Shown here piece by piece: positions 26,201-36,600 of a DNA stretch of 63,887 nucleotides. The notes under the pieces were generated by a model that was not told the DNA's origin, ran no database searches, and worked only from the letters and a program-made list of their open reading frames with translations. Origin of the DNA: Phoronis australis (Eukaryota > Animalia > Phoronida); contig NMRA01000472.1 in assembly GCA_002633005.1 (NCBI GenBank), positions 280,512-344,398 of the forward strand. Reading direction: 5' to 3'. The position numbers were made by a program, and so were the translations under genes. Numbering within the stretch: position 1 is the stretch's first letter; every line of letters starts with the position of its first letter.

Positions 26201-27629
26201 CACGCAACTTGAGAATTCATCATGAAATCATAAAAACCCGCCTATTTTGAAAGCCTCCCATCTACCAAGTGGTAGATTATTAAATGCCATTATATACCTA
26301 AGCTTGTTTTGAAAACATTATTGAGAATAATATCAGAGGGTTTCACGTAAATCCGCACAGCCCTTTCCGACAGAGACATGATGTTCAGAAGTTGCCTAAA
26401 AATGGACATTTTCATAGGGTCCTACTTCACCTTAAACTTCGCGAAATAGAGGAACAATATTACACATGTTTCAATACAACACAGATGGCCATCTAGTTGC
26501 AGCTCAAGTCATTTCAACATTTGACCAGGTCAGGGGCCCTGGACGTCTGGTTGGCTTGATATATCCTCAAATTGGGAACACCCCGTTATTCAGTCATACA
26601 ATGTTTACTTAAATGTAGAATTTTATCCCCTCCTAGTGCTGTAACAGTATTGAGTAATATCGAGCTGGCTTTGTGTCTTGCCTCGTTAGCCTATCATAAG
26701 CTCTGAAAGTGTGAAGGTGCGCAGAACTACTTCAAAATGGCTACATCCGGGTGCCATTTGTGGTGCATAGCTGGATGCTGCATACAGTTTCAGATAGTGA
26801 CTCATTGTCTGTTATGACACGCTATTTGTCGCAAATAACATGGACAAGCATCAGTGAATGATTGAAGCATGGCTGGTTTTCAACATCAAGAAACTCCTAT
26901 ATCGACAAATAATACTATTTATTTTTAAGAATGGAGTCCTTTTTATTTAACCCACGGTCACACGGTTTTTGTGATTGTCGCCAGATGATACCCTATCCTG
27001 TATCTCTTTTATATTCAAATTGGGACGCATGGTTAGCACATTGTGCTCTTTGTGCGGTTTTATCGGTTTAGTTTTGTCCATAATGAGCAAAGGTCTCTTA
27101 GGGGCCCCAGAATTTAATACGTCGATCGCCGGGCTGAATGGATATGTTGTACTGTTATCAATCGGACAGTTGGCTAAAGTTCGGTTACACGGTTTGCAAG
27201 GAACGCAAAAATATATCAGGCGACATATTTTCAGATTTTCAATGATTGTATGCAAAAAATGATAAATCACTCGTTTACACATTTCAGATTAGCGATCTGA
27301 AACAATGGGCTCAGAAAGTATTTCCTGGGTTTGAGGCATACTCAAAAATCGACGACCCACATCGAACACTTTACAGAACAAGTCCAAAATTTGGCCATGG
27401 CAGCTCAGGAAGTCCTGGTTTTGTACCCGATGACGAACAGGAGGCTAGCGTGGCTGTGATACAAACACGTGGATTCCCGGATCTGCCAGACTATCACTCT
27501 GTGCCTGAAAATCAAATCAAGGCTCGCATGGTTGAGCAAGGCATCAGGATAGAGGCAGTGTATGATTTTCTCCATGCCAGCCACCCAGTATTATGCAGGG
27601 ATATTTTTGGTCTTGTTAGACCCAGTTAG
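2203..27629 (+). CDS. Spliced gene: ankyrin-repeat array fused to a FAM111-like trypsin-fold serine protease (12 secure exons; start exon uncertain)
   Basis: Exons 2203-2292, 10959-11054, 11617-11718, 12279-12377, 12524-12622, 13142-13243, 19675-19773, 21054-21152, 21810-22038, 24269-24505, 25080-25405 and 27288-27629 all have AG/GT boundaries and join in one open frame (about 639 aa) ending in TAG. The product has GxTPLH ankyrin motifs followed by a trypsin catalytic triad. Confidence 0.85.
7104..7240. mobile_element. Two tandem copies of a G-rich transposon-end-like motif
   Basis: YATGGGCGG...GGGGAGG(GG)GCTATAGCCCC-CAC occurs twice; the first copy is closed by the inverted CGCCCATG at 7168-7175. 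No TSD seen. Confidence 0.35.
9299..9699. mobile_element. PIF/Harbinger-like MITE (401 bp)
   Basis: TIRs of about 42 bp (GGCCCGGTCTCTAATCTTTGTACTCGAAACGGAACTCGAAA and its inverse, few mismatches) flanked by a CTG target-site duplication. Confidence 0.8.
10959..11054 (+). CDS. ANK-protease exon, ankyrin repeat
   Basis: ctgcAG|[32 protein letters not shown]|GTAATA. Confidence 0.9.
11617..11718 (+). CDS. ANK-protease exon, ankyrin repeat (duplicate A)
   Basis: acatAG|[34 protein letters not shown]|GTAATT. Confidence 0.9.
11881..12013 (+). repeat. Dispersed intronic duplicate of about 130 bp (second copy 14262-14392)
   Basis: CATCCGAA-ATTTCAGTTGAT...GATCTGGATCGCCT-ATTTAGTTTCAGATTTATTTTCTACGTTA in both places. 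Confidence 0.9.
12279..12377 (+). CDS. ANK-protease exon, ankyrin repeat (duplicate B)
   Basis: acatAG|[33 protein letters not shown]|GTAATT. Confidence 0.9.
12524..12622 (+). CDS. ANK-protease exon, ankyrin repeat
   Basis: tttccatAG|[33 protein letters not shown]|GTAATT. Confidence 0.9.
13142..13243 (+). CDS. ANK-protease exon, ankyrin repeat
   Basis: ctgtAG|[34 protein letters not shown]|GTATCT. Confidence 0.85.
18311..18339. mobile_element. 29-bp hAT-like mini-element
   Basis: CATAGACATC-acagtataa-GATGTCTATG: perfect 10-bp inverted termini flanked by the perfect 8-bp direct repeat GTGCGAAC. Confidence 0.75.
19675..19773 (+). CDS. ANK-protease exon, ankyrin repeat
   Basis: ttgtAG|[33 protein letters not shown]|GTAAGA. 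Confidence 0.9.
20272..20407. repeat. Perfect 68-bp tandem duplication
   Basis: TTCGCCACTTATCGATTTTTCTCC...AAGGCATAGACGTA occurs twice, identically. Confidence 0.95.
21054..21152 (+). CDS. ANK-protease exon, C-cap-like ankyrin segment
   Basis: ttgtAG|[33 protein letters not shown]|GTATGT. Confidence 0.8.
21810..22038 (+). CDS. ANK-protease exon, linker or unknown small domain
   Basis: ctgtAG|[17 protein letters not shown]...[17 protein letters not shown]-g|GTATTG; phase 0-1 matches both neighbouring exons. Confidence 0.7.
24269..24505 (+). CDS. ANK-protease exon, protease N-terminal part with catalytic His
   Basis: tttcAG...[18 protein letters not shown]...|GTAAGT; phase 1-1. Confidence 0.9.
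25080..25405 (+). CDS. ANK-protease exon with catalytic Asp
   Basis: ttacAG...[12 protein letters not shown]...VQFAGHSD...FLKT|GTAAAA; phase 1-0. Confidence 0.85.
27288..27629 (+). CDS. ANK-protease last coding exon with catalytic Ser
   Basis: tttcAG|ISDLKQW...[18 protein letters not shown]...[15 protein letters not shown]...DIFGLVRPS*. Confidence 0.9.
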   Translation: MSDLKQWAQKVFPGFEAYSKIDDPHRTLYRTSPKFGHGSSGSPGFVPDDEQEASVAVIQTRGFPDLPDYHSVPENQIKARMVEQGIRIEAVYDFLHASHPVLCRDIFGLVRPS

Positions 27630-30607
27630 TAATTGTGCTGACAGTTTGCCTGTATGCATACTAAAAGTGTATTCCCTCTGTGTATTCACTCAAATTCCAC
27701 TACATTCTTTGGGTTATTAAGATTACTCTGATAAGTGGTGGTGCACACAAGTCAAGTCGCTCCATTGCATTGCTTCAGCAGGTTACACAATAGAAATTTG
27801 GATACTATCGGCAATGAGGCAGTAAATGCAATGTGCGTGATTCCATCTCCTGTAGATTGTTAACCAAAGTCATTTTGAACAAAGATTTAAGGTTTTATAG
27901 CGTTAGGGTCAACAATTAGTGGCGGCGAAAGTATGTTGGCCCAAAAATATACTCACTCTTCACTACATTGCCAGGAGGTCAAATACGTTTCCCGTGGGTC
28001 AAATTCTGCGCCCGGACCTACTGTGCAGTTACACCTTGTAGTGTAAGTGAGTGCGTGAGCCATTGCGTGCTCTGTATGCACAGAAATGACAAACGACTCA
28101 ATTTTGGAGAATGAAAATTTATTGCGCAGTTCCACTGGAAACTAAAACACTTCAAAGTTGTGCACAATTCTTCCTTGGCCTGTTAGGAGTTGAATCCTCT
28201 TTCCCCTGCTCTTGGTGAATTACAAACCACTAATCCTGTTCCTAAATCAATAAACAATGCATTTACTATCATTTGAATTTGTGAGTATACTTTTGGGACA
28301 ACCTGTGGAACTGTCAAAATTTCGTCGAAGATTGTCATTGAGAGTAATTTCAGATAGGCAAAAATCGTTAATCTATTATGCTATATGGGGATCGGACGAC
28401 AAAGATTTTCTGAATTTCATCGTGCAGGTAAGTTCATTGAGGCACCATCTTTTATTACCATCAGTCGATTTCGGTAAATACATAAACCTGGCAGAAAAAT
28501 CTTGCATAAAAGGCATGCAAACCTTTTCTTTTATTGCAGATACACTAAATTGGTTGAAACTGTTCAGCGCTAAAATATTCCCACGTACTACTGCGAGGCG
28601 TGGTATTTTCATGCGTAGAAGGATGTAAAAATGGTTCTCTGTAAAGTTTTGTTAAGAGTTTCCTCCACAAACAGGTAGACGCGCTTGTGGAATGAGGTAG
28701 ATTGACATTGCTGGTTAACAGACTCATTTGAGTAATTAAATACAAATAACGATCTTTGCCAAAAATACTTACTTCCTATCATAAATATGGTCAATGGTAC
28801 TTTTGTAAACATAATGTAATCAAAGGTATAAAAGAGTAAGAACTTTTTATCGAAGACGCGAATCTATTGTCAAAATGTAAAAAGTGTGCGCATGCGCACA
28901 GAAGTGCTTATGTTATGATTTGTAATGTGGTCTTCTTCCACTGCCTTGTAACATGAAAAAATTGATATTGCTGTAAATATGTAAATTGGAAACAAAAAAC
29001 GTGTTGTTTATCAAAACAGAATACTATAAGCAATTCTCGAAGTCATACAGATTTGTGACGCGCAACCGGAGGAACATAAAACTGGGCATCCCCTGGGATT
29101 TGGGAGTTCTTCCAAGAAAATGTTTGAGCTTTTTTCAAGTTCACAGCTCGGGGACCCGTATACGCCATGGGGGACCGTCGGTGAGGAACACTTTCCCAAC
29201 ATTTTTATGCGTCCACAGGGTTCTTCTGGACGTTCGATTACTGCGAAAACCGCTGGACAGATTTTGACAAAACGTCACAGAACAATTTTTTTAACAAAAC
29301 ATTTGCCCAAATTATTGTCAAAATGATGAGTTTAGCGAAATATGACAAAGAGACAACGTGGCAGAGATGCATCAGCATCAGTCAATGTTCGTTCAATTTG
29401 ACAGCAGTTCGAGGTGCAAACGTATTTTCTATTGTGGTATGGTCTTCAGTGACGTAACTGTATTGCAAGGTAGCCTAGTACTTTATAACTTGCCATAGGA
29501 GGGGCATTTGAAGTTGAGCCCTACTTCATTAAGCCCCAAATGTTCTTCAACAAATATCTTCACCTAGGAATGTCCTTAATCTATACAAACTTTTGCTTAA
29601 TCTACGCCTACACGGAAATGACGCACACACTACATTCATATGAGCATGGTAACCTCCAATAAAAACAAGTCGGCGGAAGTAAATCATATTTATTTCATCC
29701 TATTAGTAAGCACAATCAACACTGAGGGGCTAATGGTGTCTAGGTGTTGCTGACGTCACAGAACACGATATGGAAATGGCAAAGACTAAGAATTATCATC
29801 TGGGTAGCGTACATTGTATTCTATTGTGGCCTAAAACAAATTAACGCTGAGAAGAATACCAAAATGTCAAGACAAGTATTGACTTGAAAGTGATTAAAAA
29901 TTTTCTTTTAGTTCAACTGACCTAAGCCAGAGTCAAGACTAAGCAATGTTGCTGTTCAACATGTTCAGAGATGAATGTATCTATATTGTACCTACAGGAA
30001 TTTAACACAAGGAACAACAAGAATAAAGCTATAACACCAATAGCGAAAATTAAGCAATCCATGTTGTAGGACTTGAAACTTGAAATGCAAAGGGTGGATA
30101 AACTAAACAAAGTTTTAAACATCAAAAGGTTAACAGAATCAAGGTCAGCTCCAATGCTAAACAAACTATCAGGCAAGGTAAACACAGTCACTTCACTAAC
30201 AGCAAACCACACCCTTTGAGTAACATCACTCCTGCTTTTAGTATTAAACTCCCTCTTCACACACTTCAAATGGAATCAAGTTAAAAGGGATTATGGGAAA
30301 TATTGCCCCAATGTAGGATGCACATTATTTTGTTGATATTTTAAAATTTTGTGGCATTGTTTTTCATTAATGGTCATTAGGACATGTGATGTGGCCACCA
30401 AGTGGCGTGCAGACCAGACTTTTTAGGGGAAGAATACGAACAGCTTAAGGCAAAACAGTACTTGTCACTCTCTTGAAAAATGGAACACTAACATCTACTA
30501 CCTGTTTTGATACGACTGCAACCAGAGAATTGAGTCAGGTTTTGAACTCATACGGAACATTTTGAAGGAAAATAAGCAAGGATAACTGTTGCCATTAGAT
30601 ACTGTTG

Positions 30608-30669
30608 TTATAGGGAGGCTAGGAGTTCTCTGAGGTAACCATCCGGGTCTGTGATAGTTTCCAGAAGCC
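30608..30669 (-). CDS. UBR4: UBR4 terminal coding exon
   Basis: tttgcAG|[20 protein letters not shown]; resembles the known UBR4 C-terminus and the phase fits. Confidence 0.9.
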
Positions 30670-33600
30670 CTGCAAAATAAAGTAAGTTGTTCACAGATCA
30701 TCTAAGGAAACAAACCCCAAAAATATGGCCAATATCATGCAAATCAAGAACCAGGGAACTCAGTAATTGGCAAATGTACAGCCATGTAATGACCTCACTA
30801 GCAACATCTACTGCTAGACCATGTCGTGTCCCTATTGTGATCTTTGGCTAGAGAGATTTTGTGATCTCAAAAGCACCTGGTCTGCTGCAAGACCATGTGA
30901 AGTGACTGACGCCATGTATGGCTAGTCAGAACACGTGATCTCGCAAGTGCCATCTGCGAGACCATGGGATGTCACTAGCGCCATCTGCGAGACCATGGGA
31001 CATCAGTCATACCACCTGTGCTAGTGACATCATGAGATCTCACAAACATCTGCTGCTAAACCATGGGATGTCACTAACGCCATCTGTATGTATCCAGATC
31101 ATGTGACCTCAAAAGCGTCATCTACTAGTAGACCATGAGATATCACTAGCATGTAACTAGCTGCAACTATAGCAGAGCTGCACCCTGTGATCTCACTCAG
31201 AGTGCAACCTATTGCAGAGCAGACCTTATATAACCTCAGTGGATTTGACTCGTACACATTATACCCTATCTGAAATGAACTTCGTTTTGGCAAACCTAAC
31301 TAATGGAATGTCTAGAAAAAGCTAAAGGTTTGTTTCTAGCAAAACTTCCAGAATAGCACTTTACATCATTCTTAACACTGTTTAAATGTGTTTAGAAGGC
31401 AAAATACATTTGTGGCGAAACCGCGAACAAACATCGATTGAATGTGTTTCAATAATGCAAAAAGTTAACAACTTTTTAAAAAAAATCAAAGCTAAAACTT
31501 AAATGATAATTATTTGAATACGATTTTTGTCATTTGGAAATAATCCAGAACCACATGCCAAGTCTTTGCGAACCAAGTCTCTCGGCAACCAGAGGGTGCC
31601 TATACATGCACACTCACCAACCACGTCGCAGAATTCCGCAAATGTCTCACAAGGCAGCACTTCCTGTTCATACACCGTCAACAGCCGGTCGCCAAGATCC
31701 ATCATTCCTCGCTCGTCAGCGCGGATCTGATCCGCCAGCCCACTGGACCATGTGCCGTCTGAGCCCACAGTGGCTTTCTGAAAAGTGACGCCATAACTGC
31801 CAGTTACAAATTCCAAAAATGGGTTAAATTTTGAAAGAAATGATTTTAAGCTAAACTTTAGCGTTAAATACTAACTACGGGCAATAGCATAGTGACGTTA
31901 ACTGCCCTTCAATCATTACACACCACAAAGCTTGCATAGTAATCATATGTAATAGAATTACACATTACTGTTAGTATAAGTAATACCTGAGTAATAAAAT
32001 AACGTACACTGCTATTAATGCAATTCAAACATCGAAATCCCAACATTCCCAATAAGCAACAAATTTTGTGGCTTCAATTTCATAAACTAAAATCAACCCA
32101 AAAGTGTTCTGCTGGGTTCAATCTTCGCCTGGGCAGCAGACGATGATTTTACCTTGAACATGACATTGATCACACCGTCGACGAGAGAGAAAAAGACAAG
32201 GTAGGGCTTGTAGACAGTGTACTCTTGAACCTCTCTGTTGGTGAGACTGGAATGAGAACACACGTGTTACTACTAGGATCACCCACACTTACTGCGCGTA
32301 CGACGCAGCTTTTCTGAAAATGCATTTTTTCAAAATAAAAATCGTTTTGCACAGCTTAACTCATTGCTAATGACTGAATTCATCAGAGAAAAGTGCACAC
32401 TTCAGTTAACTTCATAAAAATTAATGAAAGTTGGGTCCATCAAATTCTTGAGGCACATTTCCCCTCAACAGAACTCACTAAATAAAACACAGTGAAATAT
32501 GACAATTTCTTTTAAGCATGATACGTCAGTTCAACATTTGCAGTATAGAGGCCGAAAACCAAGTGTAGCAAATTCTACCTAGCAGTGCCTGGTGGAGACA
32601 CCTGCTGGACGTGGGCTGTAATCAACAGGCGTTTGAGAAAGTCTGCACGCTGCTCGTTCCATTTGTCACGTGGCAGCACTAAGATAGCCATGACCATCCA
32701 ATAGAGGGCGCTTTCCACCTGCAAATACCAACAACAACAGCGTATCAAGCACACTGTAACTGGAACATCCAGTGACCAGAGTATAGTGACTCATTGGCAA
32801 CTTGTACAAATTTGCTGACTCAGTAACCTACCAAACTCATATGGTTTATAATCTATCCAAACCTACCAAACTCATATGGTTTATAATCTATCCAAACCTA
32901 CCAAACTCATATGGTTTATAATCTATCCAAACCTACCAAACTCATATGGTTTATAATCTATCCAAACCTACCAAACTCATATGGTTTATAATCTATCCAA
33001 ACCTACCAAACTCATATGGTTTATAATCTATCCAAACCTACCAAACTCATATGGTTTATAATCTATCCAAACCTACCAAACTCATATGGTTTATAATCTA
33101 TCCAAACCTACCAAACTCATATGGTTTATAATCTATCCAAACCTACCAAACTCATATGGTTTATAATCTATCCAAACCTACCAAACTCATATGGTTTATA
33201 ATCTATCCAAACCTACCAAACTCATATGGTTTATAATCTATCCAAACCTACCAAACTCATATGGTTTATAATCTATCCAAACCTACCAAACTCATATGGT
33301 TTATAATCTATCCAAACCTACCAAACTCATATGGTTTATAATCTATCCAAACCTACCAAACTCATATGGTTTATAATCTATCCAAACCTACCAAACTCAT
33401 ATGGTTTATAATCTATCCAAACCTACCAAACTCATATGGTTTATAATCTATCCAAACCTACCAAACTCATATGGTTTATAATCTATCCAAACCTACCAAA
33501 CTCATATGGTTTATAATCTATCCAAACCTACCAAACTCATATGGTTTATAATCTATCCAAACCTACCAAACTCATATGGTTTATAATCTATCCAAACCTA

Positions 33601-36600
33601 CCAAACTCATATGGTTTATAATCTATCCAAACCTACCAAACTCATATGGTTTATAATCTATCCAAACCTACCAAACTCATATGGTTTATAATCTATCCAA
33701 ACCTACCAAACTCATATGGTTTATAATCTATCCAAACCTACCAAACTCATATGGTTTATAATCTATCCAAACCTACCAAACTCATATGGTTTATAATCTA
33801 TCCAAACCTACCAAACTCATATGGTTTATAATCTATCCAAACCTACCAAACTCATATGGTTTATAATCTATCCAAACCTACCAAACTCATATGGTTTATA
33901 ATCTATCCAAACCTACCAAACTCATATGGTTTATAATCTATCCAAACCTACCAAACTCATATGGTTTATAATCTATCCAAACCTACCAAACTCATATGGT
34001 TTATAATCTATCCAAACCTACCAAACTCATATGGTTTATAATCTATCCAAACCTACCAAACTCATATGGTTTATAATCTATCCAAACCTACCAAACTCAT
34101 ATGGTTTATAATCTATCCAAACCTACCAAACTCATATGGTTTATAATCTATCCAAACCTACCAAACTCATATGGTTTATAATCTATCCAAACCTACCAAA
34201 CTCATATGGTTTATAATCTATCCAAACCTACCAAACTCATATGGTTTANATACACACACACCACACTCATCTGGTGCACAATCTATACACACCCACCACA
34301 CTCATCTGGTGCACAATCTATAATACAACAAAGCACACAACTTACCTCAAATGCTGCTTCCACCCACTTCTCCTTGGGCAGTTCCAGAAACGTTGTTAAG
34401 TTCTTCTCTTCTCGGGAAATCATGCGAGTGCTGCGACAGAAAAGACATCATTGATAGATTTAATGAGATATTTAAAGGGACAGTAGCACTCTCATTGTCA
34501 GACACTACACCCCAATCATTACAGTCCACGCCATAACAAGTCAAATCCAAACCTGTACCTCAGACACTGGGCACGCATAGAACGCACAACTTGTTAAAGA
34601 TCCCCTTTCTTTTATATTCGCCAATTTAGAACACAGCATGAATTTCGTCAGTCGAAAGATATGAGTGAAATATCAACAAGTTTTAACTTTCAGCTCTGTG
34701 TTTGCCTGATTCATCCATTAACTTTTGATTTTTTCCTAAAGTGCAGGCCTCTTTACATATGGCAACAGTTGAGTGATTACCCAGAAAGCATCAGTAAGCT
34801 GTTACTCACTAAGGCGGACATTTTAAGTGACGGTGCACTACAAAAATTAAAAAATTAACCAAAAATTGATAGTAAATTGAAAACATCTGGAGTTGCATTG
34901 AATGAGCATTACTTAGGCTGAAGTTTCGACTGCACAAACTAATTGAGTTAAAATCCATTTTCAAAAGTTTAATAACTGAAACAAAGCGGAACGTGTATCT
35001 TTAAAAAGATAAACTTTGTGGTAAAGGTACAATATAAACAATTCCTGTCGCATTTTAGTTGTAAAAAGTCCGGGAACACCTCTTTCCAATACTGAGATTA
35101 GTGACTTTTGGCAACGGTAAAAATATGAAAAAATTGAATTTTCGACTTTCAAATCGTGCTGAATTGTAGCGCTTACGTATTTAAGACATAAAGAGCCACG
35201 TGGATCATGTGTGGTAACAAGTGCATGTTGCTATGGCGACCACCTCCGCCGCTGTCCTCGCTGAAGGAGCGCTCAAATGCGAAGCGCAGTAGCAGTAGCT
35301 TGATGTCATGTACCGTCAGACTGTAACTGGTGTCGCGCACACCCGTACACTCCTGCAGGTATGTGTTGTGTCTGCAACCACATAGGGTATCATCAGGTAG
35401 AATTAATTATCATAAATTATAATATAATTACCATTAAATTACAATAAAACCTCAAAAAGAATTTTGATTCCTAAAGGAAGAGCTGACAGTTCGCGTGGTC
35501 CCCTTGGTCATTTCAGTCTTTAAGAACACTGACCGACACTTCCTTTCAAACCCAAAGATCCAGGCTTACAGTACCTTAATGTCACCTTGCAATAATTTTG
35601 ACATGAAGTGCGTCCCTCGTTGTTCAGAGCACTGTTTGGTGTCTGACACGAACTGGTAATTCTGGTAGGCTGAGCACTTTCAAACCTGTTAATCTCAGTT
35701 TGGAGAAGTACCAAGAAAGCAAGTGGAATTTTAATGTCATCATTATGCTATGTCTCACCTAGCTAGACAGTTGGCGAAGGCTGATTCAGGCACATCGAGG
35801 CCCCAGAGGGGTAAGAGACCATTACATTTGGTGTTGGCATTCTGGAGGGCAGCACTCTGCCACTCATCTCGACCCCCACGAGCCAGTCTGAAAAGGAACA
35901 AAGTGTTCAGCTGAATACATTTAGAATTTGCTGTAGTTTGATGGCCAGAACTTTTACATCAATATGACGAGAGTGGATAAGGGCACTCAATTGTTGGCAA
36001 TGAAATATCACTAGCTCACAACACACTTTGCGTCTTACTCACCTCACAACAGGCACGTGAAAATCAACATGGACAAGGTTGAAGTGCGAGACCGCGGAGA
36101 AACCCTGTGTCGTACTCACCTAACTGCAGCCATGTGACAATCGACGTGGATAAGGTTGAAGTGAGAGACTGTGGAACAACCCTGTGTCTTGCGTGACTTG
36201 TTCTCATACTCCTCCAGGGCTGCACGCTTGGTGAACGTGTAGACAGCAAGCACCTGTGAACAAGGGTGTAACATACAGAACAGTAAAGTACAGTCTACAC
36301 TTGGTGAACGTGTAGACAGCAAGCACCTGTGAATAAGGGTGTAACATACAGAACAGTAAAGTACAGTCTACACTTGGTGAACATGTAGACAGTAAGGACT
36401 AATTTTGTAAATGGGGAATAACATATACAAATCCGTAGTCTAAACGTTGTCAGTGGAAGTAAATTTGTGTTGTAGCAGGTAGGTTGAGCCATGCTCACCA
36501 ACAACACTGCTAGATAAATAACAATTATACCACCTTGTACACAATCATCCAGTCATCCACTAATCTCAAAGGCACTAAACATGGGAACTCATCTGACACA

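Noticed and set aside
31099-31208. Alternative UBR4 terminal exon (GCTLSEITG...)
   Set aside because: It runs into a degenerate tandem repeat; 30608-30669 matches the known UBR4 C-terminus much better.
32825-34248. 36-bp repeat array as a CRISPR array
   Set aside because: The units are head-to-tail with no unique spacers, no cas genes are present, and it lies in a eukaryotic intron.
34598-35000. Possible Kolobok-like element (TTAA|AGAT...ATCT|TTAA)
   Set aside because: The terminal match is too short and imperfect to support without other copies.
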